Below, in pieces: positions 41,840 to 51,417 of a DNA stretch of 64,000 nucleotides. This stretch comes from Myxococcota bacterium (GTDB lineage Bacteria > Myxococcota_A > UBA9160 > UBA6930): contig OZ245015.1 of assembly GCA_965223705.1 (NCBI GenBank), positions 992,001 through 1,056,000 on the forward strand, written 5' to 3'. How positions within the stretch are numbered: position 1 is the first letter of the stretch; every line of letters starts with the position of its first letter. The translations under genes were made by a program, and so were the position numbers. Below the pieces are notes generated by a model, which worked only from the letters and a program-made list of their open reading frames with translations, made no database searches and was not told the origin of the DNA.

Positions 41840-41893
41840 TAGCTGCCTTCCCGGGCCCCCTTCGCCCGGCGAACCAAGAGGACACAGACTTCC

Positions 41894-42181
41894 ATGGTGA
41901 AGATTCGTCTCAAGCGCGCCGGCGCGAAAAAGCGCCCGTTCTACCGGGTGATCGCCATCGATTCGAGAAAGCCGCGAGACGGCCGCGCCCTCGAATACTT
42001 GGGCACGTACGACCCGATGGGCGAGCCCTCGAAGATCAAGCTCGAAACGGCGCGGATCGAACACTGGGTGTCGCAAGGCGCTCAGATGAGCAGCCAGGTC
42101 AAGACGCTGATGAAGCACGCCAAGAACCAACCGGCGGCGCCGCCCGCGCCCGCGGCTCCCGCCGCGCCGAGCGAGGCGTAG
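41894..42181 (+). CDS. rpsP: 30S ribosomal protein S16
   Basis: MVKIRLKRAGAKKRPFYRVIAIDSRKPRDGR. Confidence 0.98.
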   Translation: MVKIRLKRAGAKKRPFYRVIAIDSRKPRDGRALEYLGTYDPMGEPSKIKLETARIEHWVSQGAQMSSQVKTLMKHAKNQPAAPPAPAAPAAPSEA

Positions 42182-42184
42182 CTC

Positions 42185-42418
42185 GTGGCCGAAGAAAAGA
42201 GCCCCGAAGGCCTGATCGAGTTCATCGCGAAGGGCATCGTCGACAACCCCGACGACATCCAGGTCAACGTTCGCGACGACTCGCTGATCGAGCTCGAGAG
42301 CCACGCCGAAGATCGGGGCCGGGTGATCGGACGGCAGGGCCGCGTCGCGAAGGCCATGCGCGCGGTACTCGCCGCTTCCCGCAACGGCGGGGGCTACCGC
42401 CTCGATATCGTTGACTGA
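42185..42418 (+). CDS. khpA: KH-domain RNA-binding protein KhpA
   Basis: LIEFIAKGIVDNPD and DRGRVIGRQGRVAKAMR; canonical position after rpsP. Confidence 0.93.
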   Translation: MAEEKSPEGLIEFIAKGIVDNPDDIQVNVRDDSLIELESHAEDRGRVIGRQGRVAKAMRAVLAASRNGGGYRLDIVD

Positions 42419-42980
42419 CGCCGCCCGCGTCACCCTCGGGCGCGTGCTCGGCGCCCACGGCGTGCGCGGCGGCGTTCGGGTCCGCTTTTTCGGCGACGGC
42501 CCGAGCCACCTTCTCGAAGCAGAAACCCTCATCGTGACGCCCGCGGAAGGGCGTCCACGCAGCCACGAAGTCTCCCGCGCGTCGGCCGGGCGCCCCGGCG
42601 AGGTGCGGGTGTTCTTCGCGGACGTGACCTCGCGCGAAGCCGCCGAGGCGCTTCGGGGCGCCACGGTGGAGATCGCCCAGGCCGCGCTCGATGCGCTTCC
42701 CGAGGGCGAGTTCTACTGGTTCGAGCTCGTCGGCTGCGCGGTCCACACCGAATCCGGCGAAGCCGTCGGCACCGTGCGCGAATTGTGGGAGACCGGCCCC
42801 CAGGATCTTCTCGTCGTCGAAGGCGGAGACGGCCGCGATCGCCTCATTCCGACGAACCGCGATCTCGTACCCGAGATCGATCTCGCGGCCCGACGGGTCG
42901 TCGTGGTGGATCTCCCCGGGCTCCTCGAGCCGGCCGAGCCTCGGCGCGGCGAGGGGGCCTCGACGTCCCCGACGCGCTGA
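42411..42980 (+). CDS. rimM: Ribosome maturation factor RimM
   Basis: LGRVLGAHGVRG, REAAEALRG and LPEGEFYWFELVG. Confidence 0.95.
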   Translation: MTDAARVTLGRVLGAHGVRGGVRVRFFGDGPSHLLEAETLIVTPAEGRPRSHEVSRASAGRPGEVRVFFADVTSREAAEALRGATVEIAQAALDALPEGEFYWFELVGCAVHTESGEAVGTVRELWETGPQDLLVVEGGDGRDRLIPTNRDLVPEIDLAARRVVVVDLPGLLEPAEPRRGEGASTSPTR

Positions 42981-42989
42981 GCCGCGCCG

Positions 42990-43709
42990 ATGCCGCCGCC
43001 CCGGATCGACGTCCTGACCCTCTTCCCGGGCCTGTTCGATGCGTTTTTGAAGCTCGGTGTGCTCGGGGCCGGGGTCGAGGCGGGCCTCCTGGCCGTTCAG
43101 ACGCACGATCTCCGGGAGTACACCACCGATCGCCACCGGACCGTGGATGACGAGCCCTACGGCGGCGGACCGGGCATGGTGATGAAGCCCGAGCCCCTGG
43201 TTACCGCGATCGAAGACATCGCCGGTCCCAAGGGCGAAGGGCGCGAAAAGCGCGTGGTTTTACTCACACCTCGCGGTCGGCGCTTCGACGGCGCGCTGGC
43301 CTCCGACTTCGCGCGGCACATCCAGTCCGGCCGGGGGCTCGTCCTCGTCTGCGGTCGATACGAAGGCGTCGACGAGCGCGTATGCGAGCTCGCTATCGAC
43401 GAAGAGGTCTCGATCGGCGATTTCGTCCTGTCGGGCGGGGAGGTCGCCGCCATGGTCGTCGTCGAGGCGGTCTCGCGCTTTGTGCCCGGTGTGCTAGGTA
43501 ACCCAGCCTCACTCGAAACCGAATCGTTCGAGGGAGAACTCCTCGAAGGGCCCCAGTACACGAGGCCAGCGGAGTTCCGGGGCTTGACCGTCCCCGAGGT
43601 GCTTCGCTCCGGAAACCACGCCGCTATCGCGAGCTGGCGTTCGGAGCAAGCGGAAGCGCTGACGCGACGACGTCGGCCGGATTTGCAGGGCAAGGAGAAA
43701 GCGCGATGA
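42990..43709 (+). CDS. trmD: tRNA (guanosine(37)-N1)-methyltransferase
   Basis: [39 protein letters not shown] and PQYTRP. Confidence 0.98.
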   Translation: MPPPRIDVLTLFPGLFDAFLKLGVLGAGVEAGLLAVQTHDLREYTTDRHRTVDDEPYGGGPGMVMKPEPLVTAIEDIAGPKGEGREKRVVLLTPRGRRFDGALASDFARHIQSGRGLVLVCGRYEGVDERVCELAIDEEVSIGDFVLSGGEVAAMVVVEAVSRFVPGVLGNPASLETESFEGELLEGPQYTRPAEFRGLTVPEVLRSGNHAAIASWRSEQAEALTRRRRPDLQGKEKAR

Positions 43710-44212
43710 GTCTGGTCGATTACGTCGAGAGCAAAGTGGGTCGTCGCGATCTTCCGCCCTTCCGCCCCGGCGACACCGTTCGCGTGAGCGTCCGGGTGAG
43801 CGAAGGCGACAAAGAGCGCACCCAGGTCTTCGAAGGCGTCGTCATCCGGCGTCGTGGCGGTGGCGCTTCGGCGACCTTCACCGTCCGCAAAATCTCCTAC
43901 GGCGTCGGCGTCGAACGGATCTTTCCCGTCGAATCGCCCTCGGTTCAGAAAATCGAGATCAAGAGCCGCGGCCACGTGCGGCGGTCGCGCCTCTACTACC
44001 TGCGAGAGCTCCGCGGCAAGAAAGCGCGCCTGCGCACCAAGCTCCGCGATCTGTCGGCGCTCGTTCCGCCCGAGCCCGAGGAGATCGAGGAGCAGATCGC
44101 CGAAACCATCGACGAAGTGCCGCCGGAGCCCGAAGCCGAGACGGAAGCCTCTGCTGAGGGCGAGGCGCCTGCCGAAGACGCCGCACCCGCCGAAGGCGAA
44201 GACAAAGCCTGA
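43706..44212 (+). CDS. rplS: 50S ribosomal protein L19 with an acidic C-terminal extension
   Basis: [34 protein letters not shown] and [10 protein letters not shown]. Confidence 0.98.
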   Translation: MSLVDYVESKVGRRDLPPFRPGDTVRVSVRVSEGDKERTQVFEGVVIRRRGGGASATFTVRKISYGVGVERIFPVESPSVQKIEIKSRGHVRRSRLYYLRELRGKKARLRTKLRDLSALVPPEPEEIEEQIAETIDEVPPEPEAETEASAEGEAPAEDAAPAEGEDKA

Positions 44213-44214
44213 CG

Positions 44215-44598
44215 CTAGTCGCCCGCTTCGAACGCACCCGGCAGGTGCGTGATCTGCCACGCGCCGTCGCGACCCCGCAAGCACGTGATGACATCGAACC
44301 GCACCGACGGTATGTGAGTCGGCGCACCCGCAAGCCAAGCCGCCGCGCCGCGCACAAGGCGGGCCCGTTTCCGAAAATCCACCGCTTCTTCGGCCGCAAA
44401 CCCCGCCGGCGCGGCGCGCGACTTCACCTCGATGAACACCACCGTCCGCTTCACCGCGGCCACCAAGTCGATCTCGACGCCGCCCGCGCGTACGTTGCGG
44501 GCGAGGATCCGATAGCCTTGACGCTCGAGGTAGGACGCCGCGCGCGCTTCCCCCGCCGCGCCGAGAGCACGGCGCGAGTCCGGTTGTTTTGCTTGCAA
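44215..44598 (-). CDS. yraN: YraN (UPF0102) family protein; start uncertain
   Basis: LGAAGEARAASYL..QGYRILARN.R...EIDLV, VFIEVKSR and RFDVI. Confidence 0.9.
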   Translation of the reverse strand: MQAKQPDSRRALGAAGEARAASYLERQGYRILARNVRAGGVEIDLVAAVKRTVVFIEVKSRAAPAGFAAEEAVDFRKRARLVRGAAAWLAGAPTHIPSVRFDVITCLRGRDGAWQITHLPGAFEAGD

Positions 44599-44664
44599 GG
44601 GGTCATCCGACGGGACCGTCGGGGCTGAGCCCGAACCTAGCGCAAGCCGAGCCCAGGAGAGCAG

Positions 44665-45498
44665 GTGGCCAAGCTCTACATCACCGCGACTCCCATCGGA
44701 AACATGGACGACATCACCCTCCGCGCGTTGCGCGTGCTCGCCGAAGTGAACATCGTGCTTGCGGAAGACACGCGACACACCGGCAAGCTCCTCGCGCGCC
44801 ACAACATCAAGCGCCCGATGGTCTCCTTCCACGAGCACAACGAGAAAGCGCGCGAGGAGCGGGTGCTGCTCGCGCTCGAGGCCGGCAAGGACGTGGCCCT
44901 CGTGACCGACGCCGGCACGCCGCTGATCTCCGACCCGGGCCAGCGCCTCGTCGCCGCGGTGCACGAGGCGGGGCATGAGGTGGTGGTTTTGCCGGGGGCG
45001 TCGGCGGTGATCGCGGCGGTTGTGGGATCGGGACTGCCGGCCACGCCGTTCACTTTCGTGGGGTTCTTGCCTCGGAAGAAGGGGGAGCGGCGAAGGGTGC
45101 TCGAGAGGCTCGCTGGGAGGGAGGAGACGCTGGTTTTTTTTGAGTCTCCGAAGCGGGTTGCGGCGACGCTTGGGGAGCTTGCCGAGTCTTTCGGAGAGAG
45201 TCGTCTCGGCTGCATCGCGAGGGAGTTGACGAAAGTTCACGAGGAGTTTCGAAAAGGAACCCTGGGTGCGCTTGCGGAGAGCCTACGGGAGACCCCGGTC
45301 CGCGGTGAGATCACGCTTCTCGTCGAGGGCAACGAGGATCGGCGGGTGCCGACGGATGAATTCGTCGATCGAGCTATTCAGCGAGCACTCGACGAAGGGC
45401 ACACAGCGCGCGACGCCGCACGGCTCGTCAGCGAAGAGACGAGCATCCCCAAGCGGGAAGTGTATTCGCGGATTATCGAGCGCGAGGAGTCAAGCTGA
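44665..45498 (+). CDS. rsmI: 16S rRNA (cytidine(1402)-2'-O)-methyltransferase
   Basis: LYITATPIGNMDDIT, AEDTR, DAGTPLISDPG, FESPKR and RELTKVHEE. Confidence 0.97.
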   Translation: MAKLYITATPIGNMDDITLRALRVLAEVNIVLAEDTRHTGKLLARHNIKRPMVSFHEHNEKAREERVLLALEAGKDVALVTDAGTPLISDPGQRLVAAVHEAGHEVVVLPGASAVIAAVVGSGLPATPFTFVGFLPRKKGERRRVLERLAGREETLVFFESPKRVAATLGELAESFGESRLGCIARELTKVHEEFRKGTLGALAESLRETPVRGEITLLVEGNEDRRVPTDEFVDRAIQRALDEGHTARDAARLVSEETSIPKREVYSRIIEREESS

Positions 45499-46221
45499 CG
45501 GCTTCCGTATCGTCGCTATCAACAGTATTCGGAAGGCTTCTAGCCAAGGCGTCGCGTTGACCGTCCGTTCGTAGGCAGCCCCGAACAAATAGGTGAGCCC
45601 CGAGATTCGCATGTACTCCGGGCGACCTTCGATTCGTTCGATGGCATCGATTTCGAAACCTGTAGACCGCGCGAGCTTCTCGACGGCCCTCCGTGAGTTC
45701 GCGCGGTATCGCGTCGGGAAGGTGTCGGCCTCCGGACGACCCCGGAGACGGTTGAACCACTGGTGAAACGCGGTGGGGGTTGCCGAGGCAATCAACGGCA
45801 TGTAGTGCCATCGGTTGGGAGTCTTGAAGAGGAACCGGCCCCCTGGGCGCAGAACACGATGGACTTCACGAAACACCACTCCTGGCTCTTCTAGATGCTC
45901 GGCGACGTTGTCCGAAAACACCACGTCGAATGCGCCGGATTCGAAGGGGAGAGAGTCTCCCAACCCGATGTGCGCCTCATCTAGGAAGGGATTCTCAACA
46001 ACTCGGGGGTCCGGATCGATGCCTACAACCCGCGCGGCAAGGCCTCGGAAGTTCATTTCTGGGATACGCCCGATACCGGCCCCGAGGTCAAGGACCTGGG
46101 ACTCCGAGTCAACGGACTTGAGGATCCGGTCTCGGAATAGGCGGTCATCCCAACGGTCGGAGTGGTTCCCGTAAAGCCGCTGGTCGATCCAGCCGACGAG
46201 AGTTCGTGACTTGCCGTTCAC
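45490..46221 (-). CDS. Class I SAM-dependent methyltransferase (polysaccharide-cluster type)
   Basis: VLDLGAGIG, LPFESGAFDVV, EHLEEP, RVLRPGG, KTPNRWHY and DTFPTRYRAN. Confidence 0.88.
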   Translation of the reverse strand: MNGKSRTLVGWIDQRLYGNHSDRWDDRLFRDRILKSVDSESQVLDLGAGIGRIPEMNFRGLAARVVGIDPDPRVVENPFLDEAHIGLGDSLPFESGAFDVVFSDNVAEHLEEPGVVFREVHRVLRPGGRFLFKTPNRWHYMPLIASATPTAFHQWFNRLRGRPEADTFPTRYRANSRRAVEKLARSTGFEIDAIERIEGRPEYMRISGLTYLFGAAYERTVNATPWLEAFRILLIATIRKPSA

Positions 46222-46274
46222 GGCCCGGGAGCGTAACGCACGGTGCAAGCCAGGAGTCGTTAGACTCCTCCGCC

Positions 46275-47378
46275 GTGAAAGAAATTGTCCTCGTTGCGGG
46301 CGCTCGACCCAACTTCATGAAGATTGGACCGATTGCGCACGCCCTGTCGAACCACACTCGGTTGTCGGGCTATTTGGTGCACACGGGCCAGCACTACGAC
46401 ACAGCTATGTCGGATCAGTTCTTTAAAGAACTCGGGATACCGGAGCCGGACGTAAACCTCGGGGTTGGCGGTGGCACGCACGGTGCTATGACGGCGCGAG
46501 TCCTAGAGAAGATGGAAGAACTCCTCATGGAACGTCGACCCGCGGCCGTTCTCGTTGTCGGGGACGTAAATTCCACGATTGCTGCGGCTCTGGCGGCCGC
46601 AAAGCTCGGTATTCCTATCGCGCACGTCGAAGCAGGGCTTCGGTCTTTCGATCGCGAAATGCCCGAAGAAATCAACCGGGTGCTGACCGATCGCATTTCC
46701 GACTGGCTTTTCACGACAGAGCCCGAAGGTGATGCGAATCTGTTGCGCGAAGGGGTCGACCGCTCAAGGATCTTCCGTGTCGGCAACGTGATGATCGATA
46801 GCCTGCTCGGGAACCTCGAGAAAGCTAAGTCACGAAGGACACCGTCCCGATTCGGGCTACGCGAAGGAGCATACGGCCTGGTCACATTGCACAGGCCGAG
46901 CAACGTCGATGATCCGGTTCAGCTCCGCGCTCTATTCGATGTCCTCGATGAGATTCACCGGGAACTCCCGCTACTTTTCCCGATGCACCCACGTACGCGA
47001 CAAGCCGTACGTGACAAGATGGGCGGACATTCGCCCGAACTGCGCGTCGTTAATCCTCTCGGCTATCACGAATTTCTCGGCCTCATGTCGGACGCCAAGC
47101 TCGTCTTGACCGATTCCGGCGGCGTGCAAGAAGAGACCACGGCCTTGGGTGTTCCCTGTATCACGTTGCGGGAGAACACGGAGCGCCCTGTTACAGTGAC
47201 GCATGGGACGAACGTGATCGCGGGGCGAGATCCAGAAACGATTCGCATGGAGGCGCGAACGGTGCTTGACGGCGGCGGAAAGGCGGGGAGGGTTCCGGAG
47301 CTTTGGGATGGGAACGCGGCCCCTCGAATTGTTGATATTCTGGCAGCAGAGCTCGACTGCCAGCAACGGCCGTACTAA
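46275..47378 (+). CDS. wecB: UDP-N-acetylglucosamine 2-epimerase (non-hydrolysing)
   Basis: GARPNFMK, HTGQHYD, GDVNST, HVEAGLRS, MPEEINR, TDSGGVQEE and RENTERP. Confidence 0.96.
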   Translation: MKEIVLVAGARPNFMKIGPIAHALSNHTRLSGYLVHTGQHYDTAMSDQFFKELGIPEPDVNLGVGGGTHGAMTARVLEKMEELLMERRPAAVLVVGDVNSTIAAALAAAKLGIPIAHVEAGLRSFDREMPEEINRVLTDRISDWLFTTEPEGDANLLREGVDRSRIFRVGNVMIDSLLGNLEKAKSRRTPSRFGLREGAYGLVTLHRPSNVDDPVQLRALFDVLDEIHRELPLLFPMHPRTRQAVRDKMGGHSPELRVVNPLGYHEFLGLMSDAKLVLTDSGGVQEETTALGVPCITLRENTERPVTVTHGTNVIAGRDPETIRMEARTVLDGGGKAGRVPELWDGNAAPRIVDILAAELDCQQRPY

Positions 47379-48634
47379 GGGCTCCGACGGGACCAATCGC
47401 GGCTGTGCGTCCGGTCTTTGCGGATACTGAGAACGGCTTCGAGCATTTGCCGAGCGAGGTCACGCCTTCGGAAACGCGTCGTCACGGCTCGATAGCCGGA
47501 TTCGCCCAAGTCGCATCTTAAAGACGCGTCATCGCGAAGAGTTCGGAGAGCAGAGACAAGTCCCTCCGCATCCCCTGGCTGAAAAGCTATTCCACAACGA
47601 GCCTCGTCTACCACGATCCGCTTGCTTTCCCCTCGCACTCCGATGACGATTGGTTTCTTGAGTGCCATCGCTTCGAAGATCTTTGAGGGTATGACTGTCT
47701 CGAACAATGGGTCATCTTTCAGGAGGACCATTGAAACATCGCACGCATTCAATACTTGCAGTGCCTCGGTCCGCGTACGACCGTCGAGCAACGAGACGCT
47801 ACGGAGCTTCAGCCGGTCGACCTCGCTCCGTAGGGCATCCTTATCAGCGCCTTCACCCATCACGAGAAAACGAATCTGAGGGTCTGTCTCAGTCAAGATC
47901 GCGGCTGCCCTCAGGATCGTTTCGAGACCGTGCGCAAGACCGAGCGTGCCAATGTAGGCACAGACGAACTCATCTTCGGACAGCCCGAGGCATCTCCGCA
48001 CAGAGGCTGGGGCGGCTATTTTGAGATGGTCGGGGTCAATTCCGTTGGTGACCACGCATATCCGGCTTTCCGCGGTACCGAGCCGGCGCAGGTGGGCTGC
48101 GAAGGAGTCCGTTACGGGCACCACGAGATCCGCTCTTCGATACAAGAACCTCGCGAGAGCCTCAAAGGGGCGAAGCCACTTCAAATCGAGAGCGCCCACC
48201 GCGGCTATAGACTCAGGCCACAGATCCCGTACTTCAAACACGAAAGGCACTCGCCGGAGCTTCGCGACGCCGAATCCGGCTAGGGCCGTGAAGAATTGTG
48301 GAGACGTAGCAATCACGACGTCTGGTTTTGGCAGGAACAACGACCGGAGAGCGCCGTTGATCGCAAAGCTGACGAAATCAAGCGTCCTTCGAAACATCCC
48401 TTGGTTCGGCGCTATATAGCTCCATACACGGGTTGTGCGGATTCCACCTTCTTCTTCAGTGCTCAATCGGTTGCGGTAGCCCTCAAACAATTTTCCCTTC
48501 GGAAAGTTTGGCGCACACGTAACAACATCAATAGTGTGACCGAGCCTTGCCCACTCCCGAACGTGCTCGCTCGTTCGGATGGCAGGGGCGTTCGTCTCCG
48601 GCGGGTAGTTGTCTGAGAGGAAAAGTATTCGCAT
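47375..48634 (-). CDS. Glycosyltransferase family 4 (WbuB-like)
   Basis: NYPPETNAPA, CAPNFPKG, ATSPQFF, FEVRDLWPES and IPSKIFEAMA. Confidence 0.93.
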   Translation of the reverse strand: MRILFLSDNYPPETNAPAIRTSEHVREWARLGHTIDVVTCAPNFPKGKLFEGYRNRLSTEEEGGIRTTRVWSYIAPNQGMFRRTLDFVSFAINGALRSLFLPKPDVVIATSPQFFTALAGFGVAKLRRVPFVFEVRDLWPESIAAVGALDLKWLRPFEALARFLYRRADLVVPVTDSFAAHLRRLGTAESRICVVTNGIDPDHLKIAAPASVRRCLGLSEDEFVCAYIGTLGLAHGLETILRAAAILTETDPQIRFLVMGEGADKDALRSEVDRLKLRSVSLLDGRTRTEALQVLNACDVSMVLLKDDPLFETVIPSKIFEAMALKKPIVIGVRGESKRIVVDEARCGIAFQPGDAEGLVSALRTLRDDASLRCDLGESGYRAVTTRFRRRDLARQMLEAVLSIRKDRTHSRDWSRRSP

Positions 48635-48700
48635 CAGAGGTGACGCCTACGCGAGGCGATCTGGACCATCGTTCTGTTGCGGGGGTAACAATGAGAGTTT

Positions 48701-48808
48701 GCCGCCCGCATGCATACCCGGCTTCGTACCCCCAAGGCTTAACCCACTTCGAGTTCCGTAATCGGTTGGATGCCCGATCCGCTGGACTCAGTCCCCTCCG
48801 GGGGCGGC
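48701..48808. ncRNA. Candidate structured RNA of unknown family in a divergent intergenic region
   Basis: Closing stem gccgccc (48701-48707) / gggcggc (48802-48808), inner ccgg/ccgg, and internal hairpins atcgg..ccgat, ggac-tca-gtcc and act-tcg-agt. Confidence 0.3.
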
Positions 48809-48991
48809 TGCGCCCATGATCCTTCTCTACTGTTTAGTCAGAAGATGGCAACCCCCCAAAGTTATTTCTTGGCCTTTTGATTTGAGAGAACCGTTTCGGA
48901 TGAGTTCGTCGGAGAGCGCGGGGCTTGAACGACGAACTCGCGCTACGTTCGGCGCGGCCCGGTCTCGGTCGCCGATACGCAAGGAGGTTTG

Positions 48992-49879
48992 ATGGCAAAG
49001 CTCAACTCGATGGGAAAGCTGGGAGTTTGGACATGGTTTGACCACCTCGCGATGTCCGAAGCGGCGGAGCTCGTCGAGAGAATAGAAAACTGGGGATACT
49101 CCGCCCTCTGGATCCCAGAGGCCGTTGGTAAGGAACCGTTTTGCCAAATCGGCTACTTCGCGGCGAAGACAACAAAGCTGATCTTTGCGACGGGCATCGC
49201 GAACATCTACGCCCGGGACCCGATGAACATGAGGTCCATCCAAAAAACCCTATCCGGAGCCGCTCCTGGTCGCTTCGTCCTCGGGCTCGGAGTGTCACAT
49301 GGCCACCTCGTAAAAGGGCAGCGAGGTCACGAATACAGCAACAAACCGGTCAGCATGATGCGCGACTACCTGGAGAGAATGGAAAAATCCCTGTACATGG
49401 GTTTCGAGCCGGAAGAAGACGCTCCCATCGTCCTCGCGGCGCTGCGCAAGAACATGCTCAAGCTGTCGGCTGCGCAAACGCGTGGAGCGCACCCGTATCT
49501 CGTTCCGCCCGAGCACACCGCAAAGGCTCGGGAGATCTTGGGCAAGGACGCTTGGCTTTGCCCCGAACAAATGGTTCTCTGCGAGAGCGACGCCACGAAG
49601 GCGCGAGACATTTGTCGCGCGAACCTCAAAATCTACTTGGGGTTGCCTAACTACCAGAACAATCTGATCGATTTGGGCTTTTCCGAAGATGATTTCAAAA
49701 GCGGCGGTAGCGACCGCCTCGTGGATGCGATCGTTGCCTGGGGAGACGAGGAAGCGATTCAGGACCGGATTCAGGCGCACTGGGACGCGGGAGCCGACCA
49801 CGTTTGTATTCAGGCCTTCAGGCCCGATGGCAAGCCGGGTCCCGATGAGCGGCTCTTGGAGACTCTGGCCCCGGCCTAG
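48992..49879 (+). CDS. Luciferase-like monooxygenase (LLM) class oxidoreductase, probable F420-dependent type
   Basis: AGGAGG RBS; GYSALWIPEA, ATGIANIYARDP, GRFVLGLGVSH, GAHPYLVPPEHT and AGADHVCIQ. Confidence 0.88.
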   Translation: MAKLNSMGKLGVWTWFDHLAMSEAAELVERIENWGYSALWIPEAVGKEPFCQIGYFAAKTTKLIFATGIANIYARDPMNMRSIQKTLSGAAPGRFVLGLGVSHGHLVKGQRGHEYSNKPVSMMRDYLERMEKSLYMGFEPEEDAPIVLAALRKNMLKLSAAQTRGAHPYLVPPEHTAKAREILGKDAWLCPEQMVLCESDATKARDICRANLKIYLGLPNYQNNLIDLGFSEDDFKSGGSDRLVDAIVAWGDEEAIQDRIQAHWDAGADHVCIQAFRPDGKPGPDERLLETLAPA

Positions 49880-51417
49880 TGGCCAAAAGGACTCTGTCTC
49901 GCCTTCGCGCCTTTGCTGAAAAGGGCCGAGGCTCAGGGCTCGGAGCAAACGCAATTGCCAATCTGCTCGGAACGGGCGGATTTTTCCTGGCGGTCGCAGT
50001 TGCCACGCCATTCGCCATCTCTGCGCTGGGTCAGACTCTTTGGGGCGTTTGGCAAGTTGCGGGCGCAGTCGCAGCGTACGCGACCCTTCTTAACCTCGGT
50101 CTGAACTCGGCAATCTCGTATGAAGTTTCTAGTACGCTTTCGCGAGAAGACGAGCTGGGTCTGGCGCAGACCATCGTCTCGGCACAGGTGTACCTACTCG
50201 TTGTTGGGTGCTTGCTAGCGGCGGCTGTCCTGCTGATCGGGCGCCCGCTAACGAATCACCTGGTACCAGAGAGGCTTCGAGAAAGTGCCTACGGTGTCCT
50301 CGCGGTGACCGTCGGATTGACCGGCCTCACGCTCAATCTGAGGATGCTTCCGTCGGTTCTCTCGGGCCTGCAGCGATACGACGCGCTGGCATGGGCGAGA
50401 ATTATCGCCGCCGCTTTTCTCGTGGTCCTTGTTTGGCAAGGGTTCGAACATGGTATGGGCATTATCGGGTTCGCCGTCGTGATGACCCTAGCGCCCGTCA
50501 TTCCAGGCTTTGTGTCTCTCTGGATGTGCCAGAGGCTACTCGGAAACTTGCGATGGTTGTGGAGTCTTGAGTTCTTCGATGGTTCCCGGCTCAGGCGGAT
50601 GGTCGCGTATAGCATCAACACGCTGATTTACACAGTCGGAACCGTTTTCCTGTATCAGACGATGAAGCTTGTTGCGGCTGCTCGCGGCGGTGCAATCGAC
50701 GCGGGACACATAGGGCTCGTGGTCAGTCTGGCTCAAGTACTCAATGTTGGCTTCCTCCCCCTCGCAGGCGTAATTCATACACGCATCGCGGATCTTCAAG
50801 GGCGAGGCGAGTACGCCGAAGTTCGTGAGACCTTTCGTAACGCATCTTCGCTGTATTTTGTGGTGGCGGTTGCTGGAATTTTGTTTGTGGGCATTGAAAC
50901 GCGAACAATCCTCAGCGCTTGGCTCGGGACCGCGCTCGACGCGAGATCGCTCGACCTGCTCGCCGATACGACACGATGGATGCTCCCTGGACAAGCCGCG
51001 TACGTTCTAACGCTGCCGAGCTATTACGGCCTCCTCGGACTGGGACGGCACCGCTTTTTCGCTGCCACGATGATCGCGGCAGCGGCAGTTTATGTCGCTC
51101 TCGCGATGGACGCCGGGTTCGAGTTCTCGGTGGGGGCATTGGCTCTCCGATTCTCGTTTGCTGTTGTGCCTCTTCTCCTCGTCGCGGGAGTATTTGCCTC
51201 GGTGCGCCATCTCCACGTTGGCCCAACAGCCCTCGCGACTGACGCGATTGCTCGTCCAGTGGCCGTCAGCCTGCCGGCCGTTGCCCTGGTTCTCGCGCGA
51301 CCGACGTCGATCTCCCCGGCATTGGACCTCTTGCTAGCAGTGTCCTTTTTCGTCTTAGGCTTGGCACCCGGCTTGTTCTGGACGTACCGAAAGTCTGGAA
51401 ACGTTCGGTTGCGCTAA
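49879..51417 (+). CDS. wzx: Wzx-type oligosaccharide flippase
   Basis: Many TM segments; TPFAISALG...GVW, LNLGLNSA and VLSGLQRYD; polysaccharide context. Confidence 0.8.
   Translation: MAKRTLSRLRAFAEKGRGSGLGANAIANLLGTGGFFLAVAVATPFAISALGQTLWGVWQVAGAVAAYATLLNLGLNSAISYEVSSTLSREDELGLAQTIVSAQVYLLVVGCLLAAAVLLIGRPLTNHLVPERLRESAYGVLAVTVGLTGLTLNLRMLPSVLSGLQRYDALAWARIIAAAFLVVLVWQGFEHGMGIIGFAVVMTLAPVIPGFVSLWMCQRLLGNLRWLWSLEFFDGSRLRRMVAYSINTLIYTVGTVFLYQTMKLVAAARGGAIDAGHIGLVVSLAQVLNVGFLPLAGVIHTRIADLQGRGEYAEVRETFRNASSLYFVVAVAGILFVGIETRTILSAWLGTALDARSLDLLADTTRWMLPGQAAYVLTLPSYYGLLGLGRHRFFAATMIAAAAVYVALAMDAGFEFSVGALALRFSFAVVPLLLVAGVFASVRHLHVGPTALATDAIARPVAVSLPAVALVLARPTSISPALDLLLAVSFFVLGLAPGLFWTYRKSGNVRLR

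Noticed and set aside
48745..48785. Resemblance to the glmS ribozyme core (TCGAG...ATCGG.GGATGCCC) or a c-di-AMP riboswitch
   Set aside because: The upstream AGCGCC/GACGAGG elements of glmS and the conserved ydaO motifs are missing; kept only as an unclassified structured-RNA candidate.
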